Below are positions 8,046 to 16,142 of a stretch of DNA of 34,887 nt, one piece after another. Source of the DNA: Minisyncoccia bacterium (GTDB taxonomy: Bacteria > Patescibacteriota > Minisyncoccia > Phycocordibacterales > UBA9973); the NCBI GenBank assembly GCA_049303835.1, contig JBAQNN010000003.1, positions 77,933 to 112,819 of the forward strand, given 5' to 3'. The position numbers were made by a program, and so were the translations under genes. The notes below the pieces were generated by a model, which was not told the DNA's origin, did no database searches, and worked only from the letters and a program-made list of their open reading frames with translations. The stretch's first letter is position 1. The number at the start of each line of letters is the position of its first letter.

Positions 8046-8282
8046 ATGCAAAACAAAAATTGTGAGAGTTGTATGATGCCTCTTTCAAAGGATCCCGGAG
8101 TTAGAGAATCTGATAAATATTGTAGCTATTGTTTTAAAAACGGTAAATTGTGTTATGAAGGAAATGATGTAAATGAATTTAAAAAACACTCATACGAAGG
8201 GATGATAGCGAATGGCATGAATAAAGTGAAAGCAAAATTTTTTACTTGGATGATTGGTTTTGCCCCACGTTGGAAAAAATAA
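8046..8282 (+). CDS. Putative zinc-ribbon domain protein
   Basis: CESCMMPL...DKYCSYCFKNGKL gives two CxxC pairs in the arrangement of the 'putative zinc ribbon' family (Zn_ribbon_2-like). 78 aa. Confidence 0.65.
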   Translation: MQNKNCESCMMPLSKDPGVRESDKYCSYCFKNGKLCYEGNDVNEFKKHSYEGMIANGMNKVKAKFFTWMIGFAPRWKK

Positions 8283-8335
8283 AAAAATTATTCCTTCCCA
8301 ACCGGAATCAACCCTGTCGTGCTTTATCAATAGTA

Positions 8336-8356
8336 GCGACTTCGTTTTTATACAGA
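8336..8356. repeat. Right arm of the 21-nt inverted repeat (partner at 7542-7562)
   Basis: gcgacttcgtttttatacaga is the 3' half-stem, T-tract and following bases of the 7550-7583 terminator, in the opposite orientation. No matching 5' half-stem lies nearby. Confidence 0.9.
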
Positions 8357-8386
8357 AATTACTCTATCGCAGAATATAAATATTCT

Positions 8387-8395
8387 TGATATAAT
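8387..8395 (+). promoter_or_regulatory. Extended -10 promoter (TGATATAAT) placed 6 nt before the ATG, implying a leaderless transcript
   Basis: TGnTATAAT at 8387-8395, then tttttt, then ATG at 8402. There is no Shine-Dalgarno sequence. Confidence 0.5.
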
Positions 8396-8401
8396 TTTTT
8401 T

Positions 8402-8701
8402 ATGACAATGGCTAATGGCGTGGTACATAGTGTTCCGGCAGACTTGCGAAAAGCGCTAGCTTCCGATTTTGAGGTACTTACGAAATGGAATAGCCTGACC
8501 CCTCTTTCGCGCAATGAGTGGATTTGTTGGACTATCTCCGTCAAAAAACCAGAGACGAGGAAAACTCACATAAAACGTATCCTGATTGAGCTAAAAGAAG
8601 GTAAACGTCGGCCGTGTTGCTGGATAGGCTGTATCCATCGCCCGGACAAATCGCTAAGCTCTTCGGTGCGTGGGATTCTTAAAAAAAGAAACAAAAGGTA
8701 A
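8402..8701 (+). CDS. YdeI/OmpD-associated family protein
   Basis: VPADLRKAL...W..LTPLSRNEWICWTISVKKPETRKTHIKRILIELKEGKRRPCC matches the YdeI/OmdA family pattern. 99 aa. Confidence 0.7.
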   Translation: MTMANGVVHSVPADLRKALASDFEVLTKWNSLTPLSRNEWICWTISVKKPETRKTHIKRILIELKEGKRRPCCWIGCIHRPDKSLSSSVRGILKKRNKR

Positions 8702-8704
8702 CTA

Positions 8705-9745
8705 TTATTCTTCCCCAATTATTTTCACCAACGCGAGTTCAAGTGGTAATTCAGCGATAAAAGCATTATCCATATTCTGATAGGCCTCAAGGAGTACCGC
8801 AAGCGCAGGAGAACGGAGCATGCCTTCTTTGTCTTCTTTTACCAAAGACTGTAGAAACTCAATATCTTCATCAGACAAATCCCCTGCCATTTCTGCTTGC
8901 AGTTTTGGCGCGTAACGTAGAATCATGGCCATCCTAAATTTCTGGATAATGAGCTTGAAATATAATTTCATATCCAAATTTGCCTCTGAAGCGATTTTCA
9001 CGGTCGCGATCCCCTTTTCTAAATCCTTTTTTGCAATTGCGGAAATAAAATCATTTACTAAAGTAGTCTTTGGTGCACCGGTTATTTTTTCTACATCTTC
9101 TCTTTTTATTTTCTTACTCTTGCCGGAGAAATTTAAGATTTTTTGGAGTTCACCGAGCGCGTCTCGGAACGAACCGTCTGCGAGGATGGCTAGGAGCTCT
9201 GCACTTCCAGCATCCAACTCAAAGCCTTCTTTCTTGGCAACATCTAAAATTATATTTTTTAAAATAGTTTCCGTTGGTTTTTTGAAAGTGAAAACCTGAC
9301 AGCGGGAAATGATCGTTTCGGGCACTTTATGGAGCTCTGTAGTAGCCAAGATAAAGATGACATGCTTTGGTGGTTCTTCTAAAGTTTTTAGTAATGCTCC
9401 CCAAGCATCTTTAGAGAGCATGTGTACCTCATCTATGATGTAAACCTTATATTTGGAATCAAAAGGCAATACGCGGACACCACCACGCAGTTCTTTTATG
9501 TCTTCTATTCCCCTATTAGAAGCGGCGTCTATCTCATAAAGGTCGTTGACGGATACACCAATTTCATTGGCAAAGATTCTGGCGACAGAGGTCTTGCCTG
9601 TGCCTCTGGAGCCGACGAAAAGATAAGCATGCGAGACTTTATTGGTAGCAACCGAGCTTTCTAATACTTTGGTAATATGGTCTTGACCCAAGACTTCTTT
9701 AAAACTCGCAGGTCTGTATTTGCGGTATAAAGCTAAATCGTGCAT
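8705..9745 (-). CDS. dnaX: DNA polymerase III subunit gamma/tau (short, gamma-length form)
   Basis: YRPASFKEVLGQDHI, Walker A GSRGTGKTS, Walker B YIIDEVHML and the sensor motif SRCQ. 346 aa covers only the clamp-loader domains I-III. Confidence 0.92.
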   Translation of the reverse strand: MHDLALYRKYRPASFKEVLGQDHITKVLESSVATNKVSHAYLFVGSRGTGKTSVARIFANEIGVSVNDLYEIDAASNRGIEDIKELRGGVRVLPFDSKYKVYIIDEVHMLSKDAWGALLKTLEEPPKHVIFILATTELHKVPETIISRCQVFTFKKPTETILKNIILDVAKKEGFELDAGSAELLAILADGSFRDALGELQKILNFSGKSKKIKREDVEKITGAPKTTLVNDFISAIAKKDLEKGIATVKIASEANLDMKLYFKLIIQKFRMAMILRYAPKLQAEMAGDLSDEDIEFLQSLVKEDKEGMLRSPALAVLLEAYQNMDNAFIAELPLELALVKIIGEE

Positions 9746-9754
9746 AAAATCATT

Positions 9755-10756
9755 CTACTCTATTTTATTTAAAAAATCATTAATTATTTTCTCTACCTCT
9801 TTAGCATTTTCGGTTTCCATTAGTTTTATGCGCAATTCTTTAGAACCTTCAAAGCCGTTTACGTATGCCTTGAAATGCTTCTTCATGACCGCAAAACTTT
9901 TGTATTTTGGTCGGGAGAGTTCTTTTTCAAAAAGATGCGTATGCTCTACCAGGGCATTTAATTTCTCTTCCGTAGAAATGTCCACATTTTCTCGGCCGGC
10001 AAAAAACCACGGGTTGCCGAAAATTCCCCGACCGATCATCACTCCGTCACAGCCATACTTGAGGGCTTTTGCTTCTCCGTCCTTAATACTTTCTATGTCT
10101 CCGTTGCCGATGAGTAGTATTTCTTTACCACTTTTTTTAATGAGTTCTTTTATTTTTTTAATATAATCCCAATTGGCGGGAACCAGGGACATTTCTTTTA
10201 CAGTACGCAGGTGGATCGTCAGGACGGAAATATCTTCTTTTAATAATTCTGGTATCCAAGTATCTATTTCTTCTTTATTAAAGCCAATCCTCGTTTTGAC
10301 GGATACGGGGATACGCACTCCGGCGGATTTTATACCCGCGTGGGCGGCTGCTATTATTTTTCTAGCAAGACTTGGGGTTCTTATTAATCCCGAACCAGCT
10401 CCTTGAGCCACTACTGATTTATCCGGACAACCCATATTTATATCTATACCATCAAAACCAAGACTGGCCACGTATTGGCAGGCCTGCTTCATGTTCTCCG
10501 GATTGGCACCAAAGACTTGGGCCACTATCGGTCTTTCGCTGTTTGAAAATTTCAAAATATGAGATAACTTTTTCTTGGCAAGTTTATTGCAAAGTCCATC
10601 TGCGGCCACGAATTCTGTCCAAAAAACTACGCTATCTTTATTTTCTCTGTTCTTGCCGTATTTCGCTAGGATACGACGAAAGGCGATGTCGGTGACATCC
10701 GACATCGGTGCGAGACAGAAGAATGGCCTATGTAATTGTGTCCAGAAATTTGTCAT
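9755..10756 (-). CDS. dus: tRNA-dihydrouridine synthase
   Basis: FCLAPMSDVTDIAFR, DINMGCP and HLRT motifs of the Dus family. Start moved to the internal Met (MTNFWTQL) at 10756, which removes the overlap with ftsQ. Confidence 0.88.
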   Translation of the reverse strand: MTNFWTQLHRPFFCLAPMSDVTDIAFRRILAKYGKNRENKDSVVFWTEFVAADGLCNKLAKKKLSHILKFSNSERPIVAQVFGANPENMKQACQYVASLGFDGIDINMGCPDKSVVAQGAGSGLIRTPSLARKIIAAAHAGIKSAGVRIPVSVKTRIGFNKEEIDTWIPELLKEDISVLTIHLRTVKEMSLVPANWDYIKKIKELIKKSGKEILLIGNGDIESIKDGEAKALKYGCDGVMIGRGIFGNPWFFAGRENVDISTEEKLNALVEHTHLFEKELSRPKYKSFAVMKKHFKAYVNGFEGSKELRIKLMETENAKEVEKIINDFLNKIE

Positions 10757-10757
10757 T

Positions 10758-11606
10758 TTATTTGGAGAATTTATTATAAACTTTATTACCGAAACGCAGA
10801 TCAATGTATTCTAAAGAAGAATATTTATTTTTGAATTGGGACTTCAGGGGTTCAGTATTTAAAGCCGATTCCAGGTTGCTGATAATATTCTCAAGGTCGG
10901 AATCTAATTTAAAAATTATTTTTGGTTCAGTCTTTGCTTGGTTCCCTTTTGAAAGTAAAACTTCCACATCTCCATTCGGGGTGACATACAAGGACGTTGG
11001 TTTCAATTTTATTTTTATTAGAGTATCAACGAAAGACACTAATTGCTTAAACCTTTCTTGAAAGAAGTAATCCTCTTCGGGCTCGGAATGGCCAAAAAAT
11101 TTAAAGTAAACCTCTCCGGAGAAATATGGTGCTTCGTCAAATATATAGCCATCTTCGTCCAGGAAATAGCATTTCTCATCTGTCTGAAGCGGAGCATCTC
11201 CACACCAAGTATATTTGGCTACCCGTTCAGTAACCGTCACTATGAGTGTCTTGTTGTTTTCTATGGACAAGTTTACAGTCTTGATTCTTTTAAATTTATT
11301 CAAGAGGGAGTCTTTTATAAAATCCTGTGGGTAAAAAAGTATGTTTGTTTTTGGGAAAAGCCATAAGTATTTTCCTGTAATTTCCTCCCATATTGCGACT
11401 CTAACCTCTTCAGTATCTACTATCTCGTTACCAACCATTTGTATTTCACTGATATTCAGATTTTCCGCGCGAGAAATATAAGTGAAAAAGAAAAAAACTA
11501 CGACTATCCCAAACAATGAAAGCAAAATTTTATTTAGGACCATTTTTCGCCTTCTTTTTTTTAATTCATTCAGGCGCGGAGAATTTAGAACATTTCTTTT
11601 TTGCAT
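10758..11606 (-). CDS. ftsQ: Cell division protein FtsQ/DivIB-like (POTRA domain)
   Basis: Basic N-terminus, a single TM helix, then a POTRA-like segment (ISEIQMVGNEIVDTEEV...). Size and topology are typical of FtsQ. Confidence 0.7.
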   Translation of the reverse strand: MQKRNVLNSPRLNELKKRRRKMVLNKILLSLFGIVVVFFFFTYISRAENLNISEIQMVGNEIVDTEEVRVAIWEEITGKYLWLFPKTNILFYPQDFIKDSLLNKFKRIKTVNLSIENNKTLIVTVTERVAKYTWCGDAPLQTDEKCYFLDEDGYIFDEAPYFSGEVYFKFFGHSEPEEDYFFQERFKQLVSFVDTLIKIKLKPTSLYVTPNGDVEVLLSKGNQAKTEPKIIFKLDSDLENIISNLESALNTEPLKSQFKNKYSSLEYIDLRFGNKVYNKFSK

Positions 11607-11619
11607 TTTTAGCGGAGCT

Positions 11620-12888
11620 TTATTTTATAAATTCTTTTCCGCCCATATATTTACGCAAAACTTCTGGAATTTTTATAGAGCCGTCCGCTTGTTGATTGTT
11701 CTCCACTATCTGACAAATTATACGAGGCATAGCGAGCGCGGTATTGTTTAAGGAGTGTACAAAATGTAATTTTCCATTTTCGTCTTTGTATCTAATACCG
11801 AGTCTTCTACTTTGAAAATCGTGGAAATAACTAGATGAGTGCGTCTCTCTGTATCTATTTTCACTTGGCATCCAAGCTTCTATATCATATTTTTTGACCT
11901 GACCCAAACCCAAATCCCCACCACAATTGACTACTACATGATAAGGAAGGCCAAGTTCCTGCAACAGAGCTTCAGAATTTAGAGTGAGCTCCTCGTGAAA
12001 ACGCACAGAGTCTTCATGTGAAGCTTCACATAAAACTACTTGTTCGTATTTCATAAACTCATGAATTCTGAATATACCCTTGGTGTCTTTGCCGTGACTA
12101 CCCGCTTCTCGGCGGAAACAAGGAGAAAAAGAAAAGAATTTGATAGGTAGATCTTTTTTATTAATTACTTCATTCATATAGTACCCCATTGTAGAAACTT
12201 CGGCGGTGCCTGCCAGATAATCACTATCTTGAGTTTTATATAAATCTTCTTCGCTTTGGGGCAAGTATCCGGTTCCCATAAACGCTTCTCGGCGCAAGAG
12301 AGAAGGAACTATCATCGGAGTAAATCCTTCGCGATTCATAAAATGATCTTCCACAAAATGCTGGAGAGCCCACTCTAGTCGGGCGCCGTCATTCTTCATA
12401 AAATACCCCCTAAAACCAGCCACCTTGCTGCCGCGTTCATAATCAGCCATGTCGTGCATGAGCATGAGCTCTACGTGACTTTTTGGAGTAAAATCAAATT
12501 GAGGTTTTTCTCCCCAAGTACGGACTTCAACATTTTGTTCATCATTGTCTCCTTCTGGAACAGAAATGTCGGGCACATTGGGCACTTGCACCATCATTTT
12601 CTGCCATTCTTCTATAGTAGCTTTTAATTTTTCTTCTTTGGTTTTTATCTCTTCTTTGACACCACGCATCTCTTCAATAAGTTGAATTTTGAGAGCCGAA
12701 TCCTGGTCACGAGCGATGTCATTTGAGACTCTGTTTACCTCGCTACGCAAATCTTCCACTTCTTTCAGTTCTTTCAGGCGCTGATCGTCTAGCGCAACGA
12801 GCTTCTCAATATCAACTTCCAGGCGTTTTTTCTTCGCCCCTGCTTGTACTATCTCTTTATTTTCTCGGATAAATTTTATGTCCAACAT
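11620..12888 (-). CDS. serS: Seryl-tRNA synthetase
   Basis: MLDIKFIRENKE start, an N-terminal coiled-coil arm and class II motifs (FRREAGSHGKDTKGIFRIHEF, GLGQ...). Start set at Met15 of the track ORF. Confidence 0.95.
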   Translation of the reverse strand: MLDIKFIRENKEIVQAGAKKKRLEVDIEKLVALDDQRLKELKEVEDLRSEVNRVSNDIARDQDSALKIQLIEEMRGVKEEIKTKEEKLKATIEEWQKMMVQVPNVPDISVPEGDNDEQNVEVRTWGEKPQFDFTPKSHVELMLMHDMADYERGSKVAGFRGYFMKNDGARLEWALQHFVEDHFMNREGFTPMIVPSLLRREAFMGTGYLPQSEEDLYKTQDSDYLAGTAEVSTMGYYMNEVINKKDLPIKFFSFSPCFRREAGSHGKDTKGIFRIHEFMKYEQVVLCEASHEDSVRFHEELTLNSEALLQELGLPYHVVVNCGGDLGLGQVKKYDIEAWMPSENRYRETHSSSYFHDFQSRRLGIRYKDENGKLHFVHSLNNTALAMPRIICQIVENNQQADGSIKIPEVLRKYMGGKEFIK

Positions 12889-12936
12889 AAATCTAGTATA
12901 TAATAGAATTGAGATAATTACAAAATACAAAAGACT

Positions 12937-13803
12937 ATGAGTTTTAATCTAAAAATTTTAGAAGGAGCAAATCTCCCAGCCAATCTTTTAGAAATTCCCC
13001 AACCACCCAAAAAACTTTATATGGCGGGCAGTCTTCCTCCGGAGAATACTATATATCTCGCAGTAGTCGGTTCTCGTAAGGCCACTACTTATGGCAAAGA
13101 CACTGTGCGGAAATTGATTTCCGGGTTAAAAGGTTACCCCATCGCCATAGTCTCAGGGCTGGCTGTCGGTATTGATTCTCTGTCTCATGAAGCGGCGCTT
13201 GAGACCGGTTTACTGGCTGTCGCTTTTCCCGGTTCTGGAATATCCGAAGAAGCATTTTTCCCGCAAACCAGTCTAAAACTTGCAGAAAAAATAATTAAGG
13301 CCGGAGGATGTATTCTTTCTGAGTTTGAACCAGATATGAAAGCAGCTTATTATACTTTTCCGATGAGAAATAGATTGGTCGCCGGCATTTCCAAGGCAGC
13401 CCTTATCATAGAAGCACAGGAAAAATCTGGCACTCTGATCACCGCCCGGATGGCGCTTGATTACAATAAAGACGTCTTGGCAGTACCCGGGCCAATCAGT
13501 TCCGATTATTCCAAAGGTACCAATAGGTTGATCAAACAGGGTGCGACACCGATAACTTGCAGTGAGGATATATTGGAAGCTTTAGGTTTCAAAATAGACG
13601 CGGTAAGTAAACAACAAAACCTTTTTGAAGATGCAAGACCAGAAGAAAAATCAGTATTAAAATTATTGACAGAACCCAAAGAAAGAGATGAACTAATCAG
13701 GCAAATGAAATTACCTACGAACGTCGCCAACGCGCTTTTGTCAGTGATGGAAATCAAAGGGCTAATTAAAGAAGAGATGGGGGAAATCCGCGCTAGCTTT
13801 TAA
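12937..13803 (+). CDS. dprA: DNA-processing protein DprA (Smf)
   Basis: Rossmann-like core VVGSRKATTYG...SGLAVGIDS.SH...GTL.TAR, plus a C-terminal winged-helix-like tail. Confidence 0.9.
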   Translation: MSFNLKILEGANLPANLLEIPQPPKKLYMAGSLPPENTIYLAVVGSRKATTYGKDTVRKLISGLKGYPIAIVSGLAVGIDSLSHEAALETGLLAVAFPGSGISEEAFFPQTSLKLAEKIIKAGGCILSEFEPDMKAAYYTFPMRNRLVAGISKAALIIEAQEKSGTLITARMALDYNKDVLAVPGPISSDYSKGTNRLIKQGATPITCSEDILEALGFKIDAVSKQQNLFEDARPEEKSVLKLLTEPKERDELIRQMKLPTNVANALLSVMEIKGLIKEEMGEIRASF

Positions 13804-13811
13804 ATATTAAC

Positions 13812-13852
13812 TTGCGTGTAAATTTGCGTTTAAATTAATATTCGTGTAATAC
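13812..13852 (+). promoter_or_regulatory. Tandem 12-mer repeats forming overlapping promoter-like elements upstream of topA
   Basis: ttgcgtgtaaat (13812-13823) is directly followed by ttgcgtttaaat (13824-13835), with a degenerate third copy attcgtgtaata (13840-13851). TTGCGT-N17/18-TAATA(T/C) arrangements are possible. Confidence 0.3.
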
Positions 13853-13862
13853 TTGGAAAGTT

Positions 13863-16100
13863 ATGAAACTTTTAATTGTTGAATCACCATCAAAAGCAAA
13901 GACTATTGAAAAATACCTCGCCGAAGGACGGGCAGGTCTTGAAGGCGCTTTCACTGTGCGCGCTTCTGTCGGACATGTTCGTGATTTACCAAAATCAAAC
14001 AAAAAAGCCATAGATATAGAGGGCGGTTTTATTCCGCATTACGAAATTTCCAAAGGTAAAGAAAAAGTCGTACACGAACTTCAGGGACTCGCAGAAAAAG
14101 CGACAGAAATACTACTAGCGACAGACCCGGATCGTGAAGGAGAAGCCATCGCTTGGCATATTGAAACTCTTTTAAACGAAGATAAAAAAGTAAAGGCGCC
14201 TATTTCACGAGTTACTTTTCATGAAATCACAAAAGAGGCAGTACAGGAAGCCTTAGAACATCCGAGAGAGATAGATACAGCTCTGCGTAAGGCTCAGGAG
14301 GCTCGTAGGGTACTAGACAGACTCGTCGGATATGATTTATCTGGACTTATTTGGAAAAAAGTAAGATACGGACTTTCTGCAGGCCGGGTTCAATCCCCCG
14401 CTCTTCGTATCATCATGGAACGTGAACGTGAAATCCGCGCTTTTATTCCGGAGAAATATTGGAAAATACTGGGATTGTTTGAAACAGAAAAAAATGAAAA
14501 AATAACTTTAGAATGCAGTGAAGAACCCCGAGACGAAAAATTAGTGGAAAGGATAATGACCGAGGGGAAGAAAGGCATCTGGGTTGTAAAAGGAGTGAAA
14601 GAAAATGAACAAAAGCGCTCTCCTCGTGCACCATTCACCACTTCTACTTTACAACAAACAGCCAGCTCACGACTCGGGTATTCCCCTTCGCGCACTATGC
14701 AAATAGCACAGAAGCTTTACGAAGCCGGGCATATCACATACATGCGTACAGACAGTACAAACCTGTCTTCTCTCGCGCAGGGTCAAATTTTATCTTTTGT
14801 CAAAAAAGAATATGGAGATAATTATGCGGAGGCGAGAGTTTATAAAACTAAATCTAAAAATGCTCAAGAAGCGCACGAAGCTATCCGTCCGACCCATATA
14901 GACAAACTTCATACCGGACACGATGACTACGACAGATTGTATCGTTTGATTTGGGAACGAGCAGTATCGTCACAAATGGCGGATGCAAAATTATTGAAAA
15001 CAAAGATCACTGCTTTTATAGAAGGACATGAGGATTTGCCTCTGTTTGGAGCAAATGGATCACGCTTACTTTTTCCAGGATGGCTTGCAGTAGATGAAGG
15101 AGCAAGGGGTGATGATGTAGAACTTCCGATATGTAAAGAGGGTGAAAAATTAAAATTACTAGGATTAAAGGACGAAGAAAAATTTACCGAACCACCTGGA
15201 AGATACAGTGAAGCAGGACTGGTCAAAGAACTTGAGAGTAGGGGTATTGGTCGTCCTTCTACGTATGCTTCTATAATGCGCACGATTGAAGACAGAGGAT
15301 ATGTCAGGAAAGAAAATAAGACCCTATTCCCTACCGACACAGGCGAGGTAGTCTCTGATTTCCTAGAAGCACATTTTGCAAATTATATTTCCGACACATT
15401 TACGGCTGAGATGGAAGATGAACTGGATGAAATATCAAGAGGTGAACGCGAATATGAAAAAACTTTAAAAGATTTTTATACACCTTTTTCAAAAGATGTT
15501 AAATCAAAAGAAAAATTGGAAAAAGCAACAAATCTGGGAGATGCACCAAAAAATATGAAATGTCCAAAATGCGGAAGCCCCATGATTATCAAACTTTCTC
15601 GGGCAGGAAAATTTTATTCTTGCTCAAAATATCCTGATTGTGATGGAGCTCTCATGTTAGACGGGACAGAACTTAAAGGACCGGAGGAGACTGGTGAGAT
15701 GTGCCCGGAGTGTGGAGAAAAGAAAGGTAAATCCGGTGGTGGAAAATTGATCATCAAGCAAAGACGGGATGGTACCGGCACATTTATTTCTTGTTCTCGT
15801 TATCCAAAATGTAAATTTATTAAAAAAGACGAGGCGGAAGAAGCCAGAAAGAGAACCGGTGTCACTTGCCCAGTATGCAAAAAAGGTGACATCTCTGAAC
15901 GGAGAGGGCGTTTTGGAATTTTTTATTCCTGTTCAAATTATCCGGATTGCAAATTTGCCATCAAAGCCAAGCCAACGGGTAATATTTGTAAAGAATGTGG
16001 CAGCCTAATGATGGAAGGAACTAAAACTATTCCCGAGAGATGCTCCAACAAGTCCTGCAAGATGCACAACCCTCACAAAATACCAAAAATAGAACCATAA
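13863..16100 (+). CDS. topA: DNA topoisomerase I with C-terminal zinc-ribbon repeats
   Basis: Toprim N-terminus LLIVESPSKAKTI...GHVRDLP, DPDREGE, the active-site region YITYMRTDS, and four C-terminal CxxC...CxxC zinc-ribbon modules. Confidence 0.97.
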   Translation: MKLLIVESPSKAKTIEKYLAEGRAGLEGAFTVRASVGHVRDLPKSNKKAIDIEGGFIPHYEISKGKEKVVHELQGLAEKATEILLATDPDREGEAIAWHIETLLNEDKKVKAPISRVTFHEITKEAVQEALEHPREIDTALRKAQEARRVLDRLVGYDLSGLIWKKVRYGLSAGRVQSPALRIIMEREREIRAFIPEKYWKILGLFETEKNEKITLECSEEPRDEKLVERIMTEGKKGIWVVKGVKENEQKRSPRAPFTTSTLQQTASSRLGYSPSRTMQIAQKLYEAGHITYMRTDSTNLSSLAQGQILSFVKKEYGDNYAEARVYKTKSKNAQEAHEAIRPTHIDKLHTGHDDYDRLYRLIWERAVSSQMADAKLLKTKITAFIEGHEDLPLFGANGSRLLFPGWLAVDEGARGDDVELPICKEGEKLKLLGLKDEEKFTEPPGRYSEAGLVKELESRGIGRPSTYASIMRTIEDRGYVRKENKTLFPTDTGEVVSDFLEAHFANYISDTFTAEMEDELDEISRGEREYEKTLKDFYTPFSKDVKSKEKLEKATNLGDAPKNMKCPKCGSPMIIKLSRAGKFYSCSKYPDCDGALMLDGTELKGPEETGEMCPECGEKKGKSGGGKLIIKQRRDGTGTFISCSRYPKCKFIKKDEAEEARKRTGVTCPVCKKGDISERRGRFGIFYSCSNYPDCKFAIKAKPTGNICKECGSLMMEGTKTIPERCSNKSCKMHNPHKIPKIEP

Positions 16101-16127
16101 GATAGCATTTCCTATATTTACTCCAAG

Positions 16128-16136
16128 TGTTATAAT
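16128..16136 (+). promoter_or_regulatory. Extended -10 promoter (TGTTATAAT) placed 6 nt before the ATG, implying a leaderless transcript
   Basis: TGnTATAAT at 16128-16136, then cttttt, then ATG at 16143. There is no Shine-Dalgarno sequence. Confidence 0.5.
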
Positions 16137-16142
16137 CTTTTT

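Noticed and set aside
8359-8544. 61-aa minus-strand ORF
   Set aside because: It is antisense to, and mostly inside, the recognisable YdeI-family gene, and has no start signals.
8925-10814. Plus-strand ORFs antisense to dnaX and dus (8925..9299, 9070..9267, 9422..9664, 9720..10166, 10173..10406, 10372..10695, 10575..10814)
   Set aside because: They overlap recognisable genes on the opposite strand, and the products have Ser/Phe/Leu-rich shadow-frame composition.
13915-13950. GC-rich stretch in the topA 5' end (cgccgaaggacgggcaggtcttgaaggcg, encoding an AEGRAGLEGAF insertion relative to typical TopA N-termini) as a third, in-frame copy of the 40-nt hairpin element
   Set aside because: It shares only the octamer gccgaagg with the element, the flanking blocks (ggaaggttcc, tggagtaa) are absent, and the stem does not form. 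This may simply be a lineage-specific loop.
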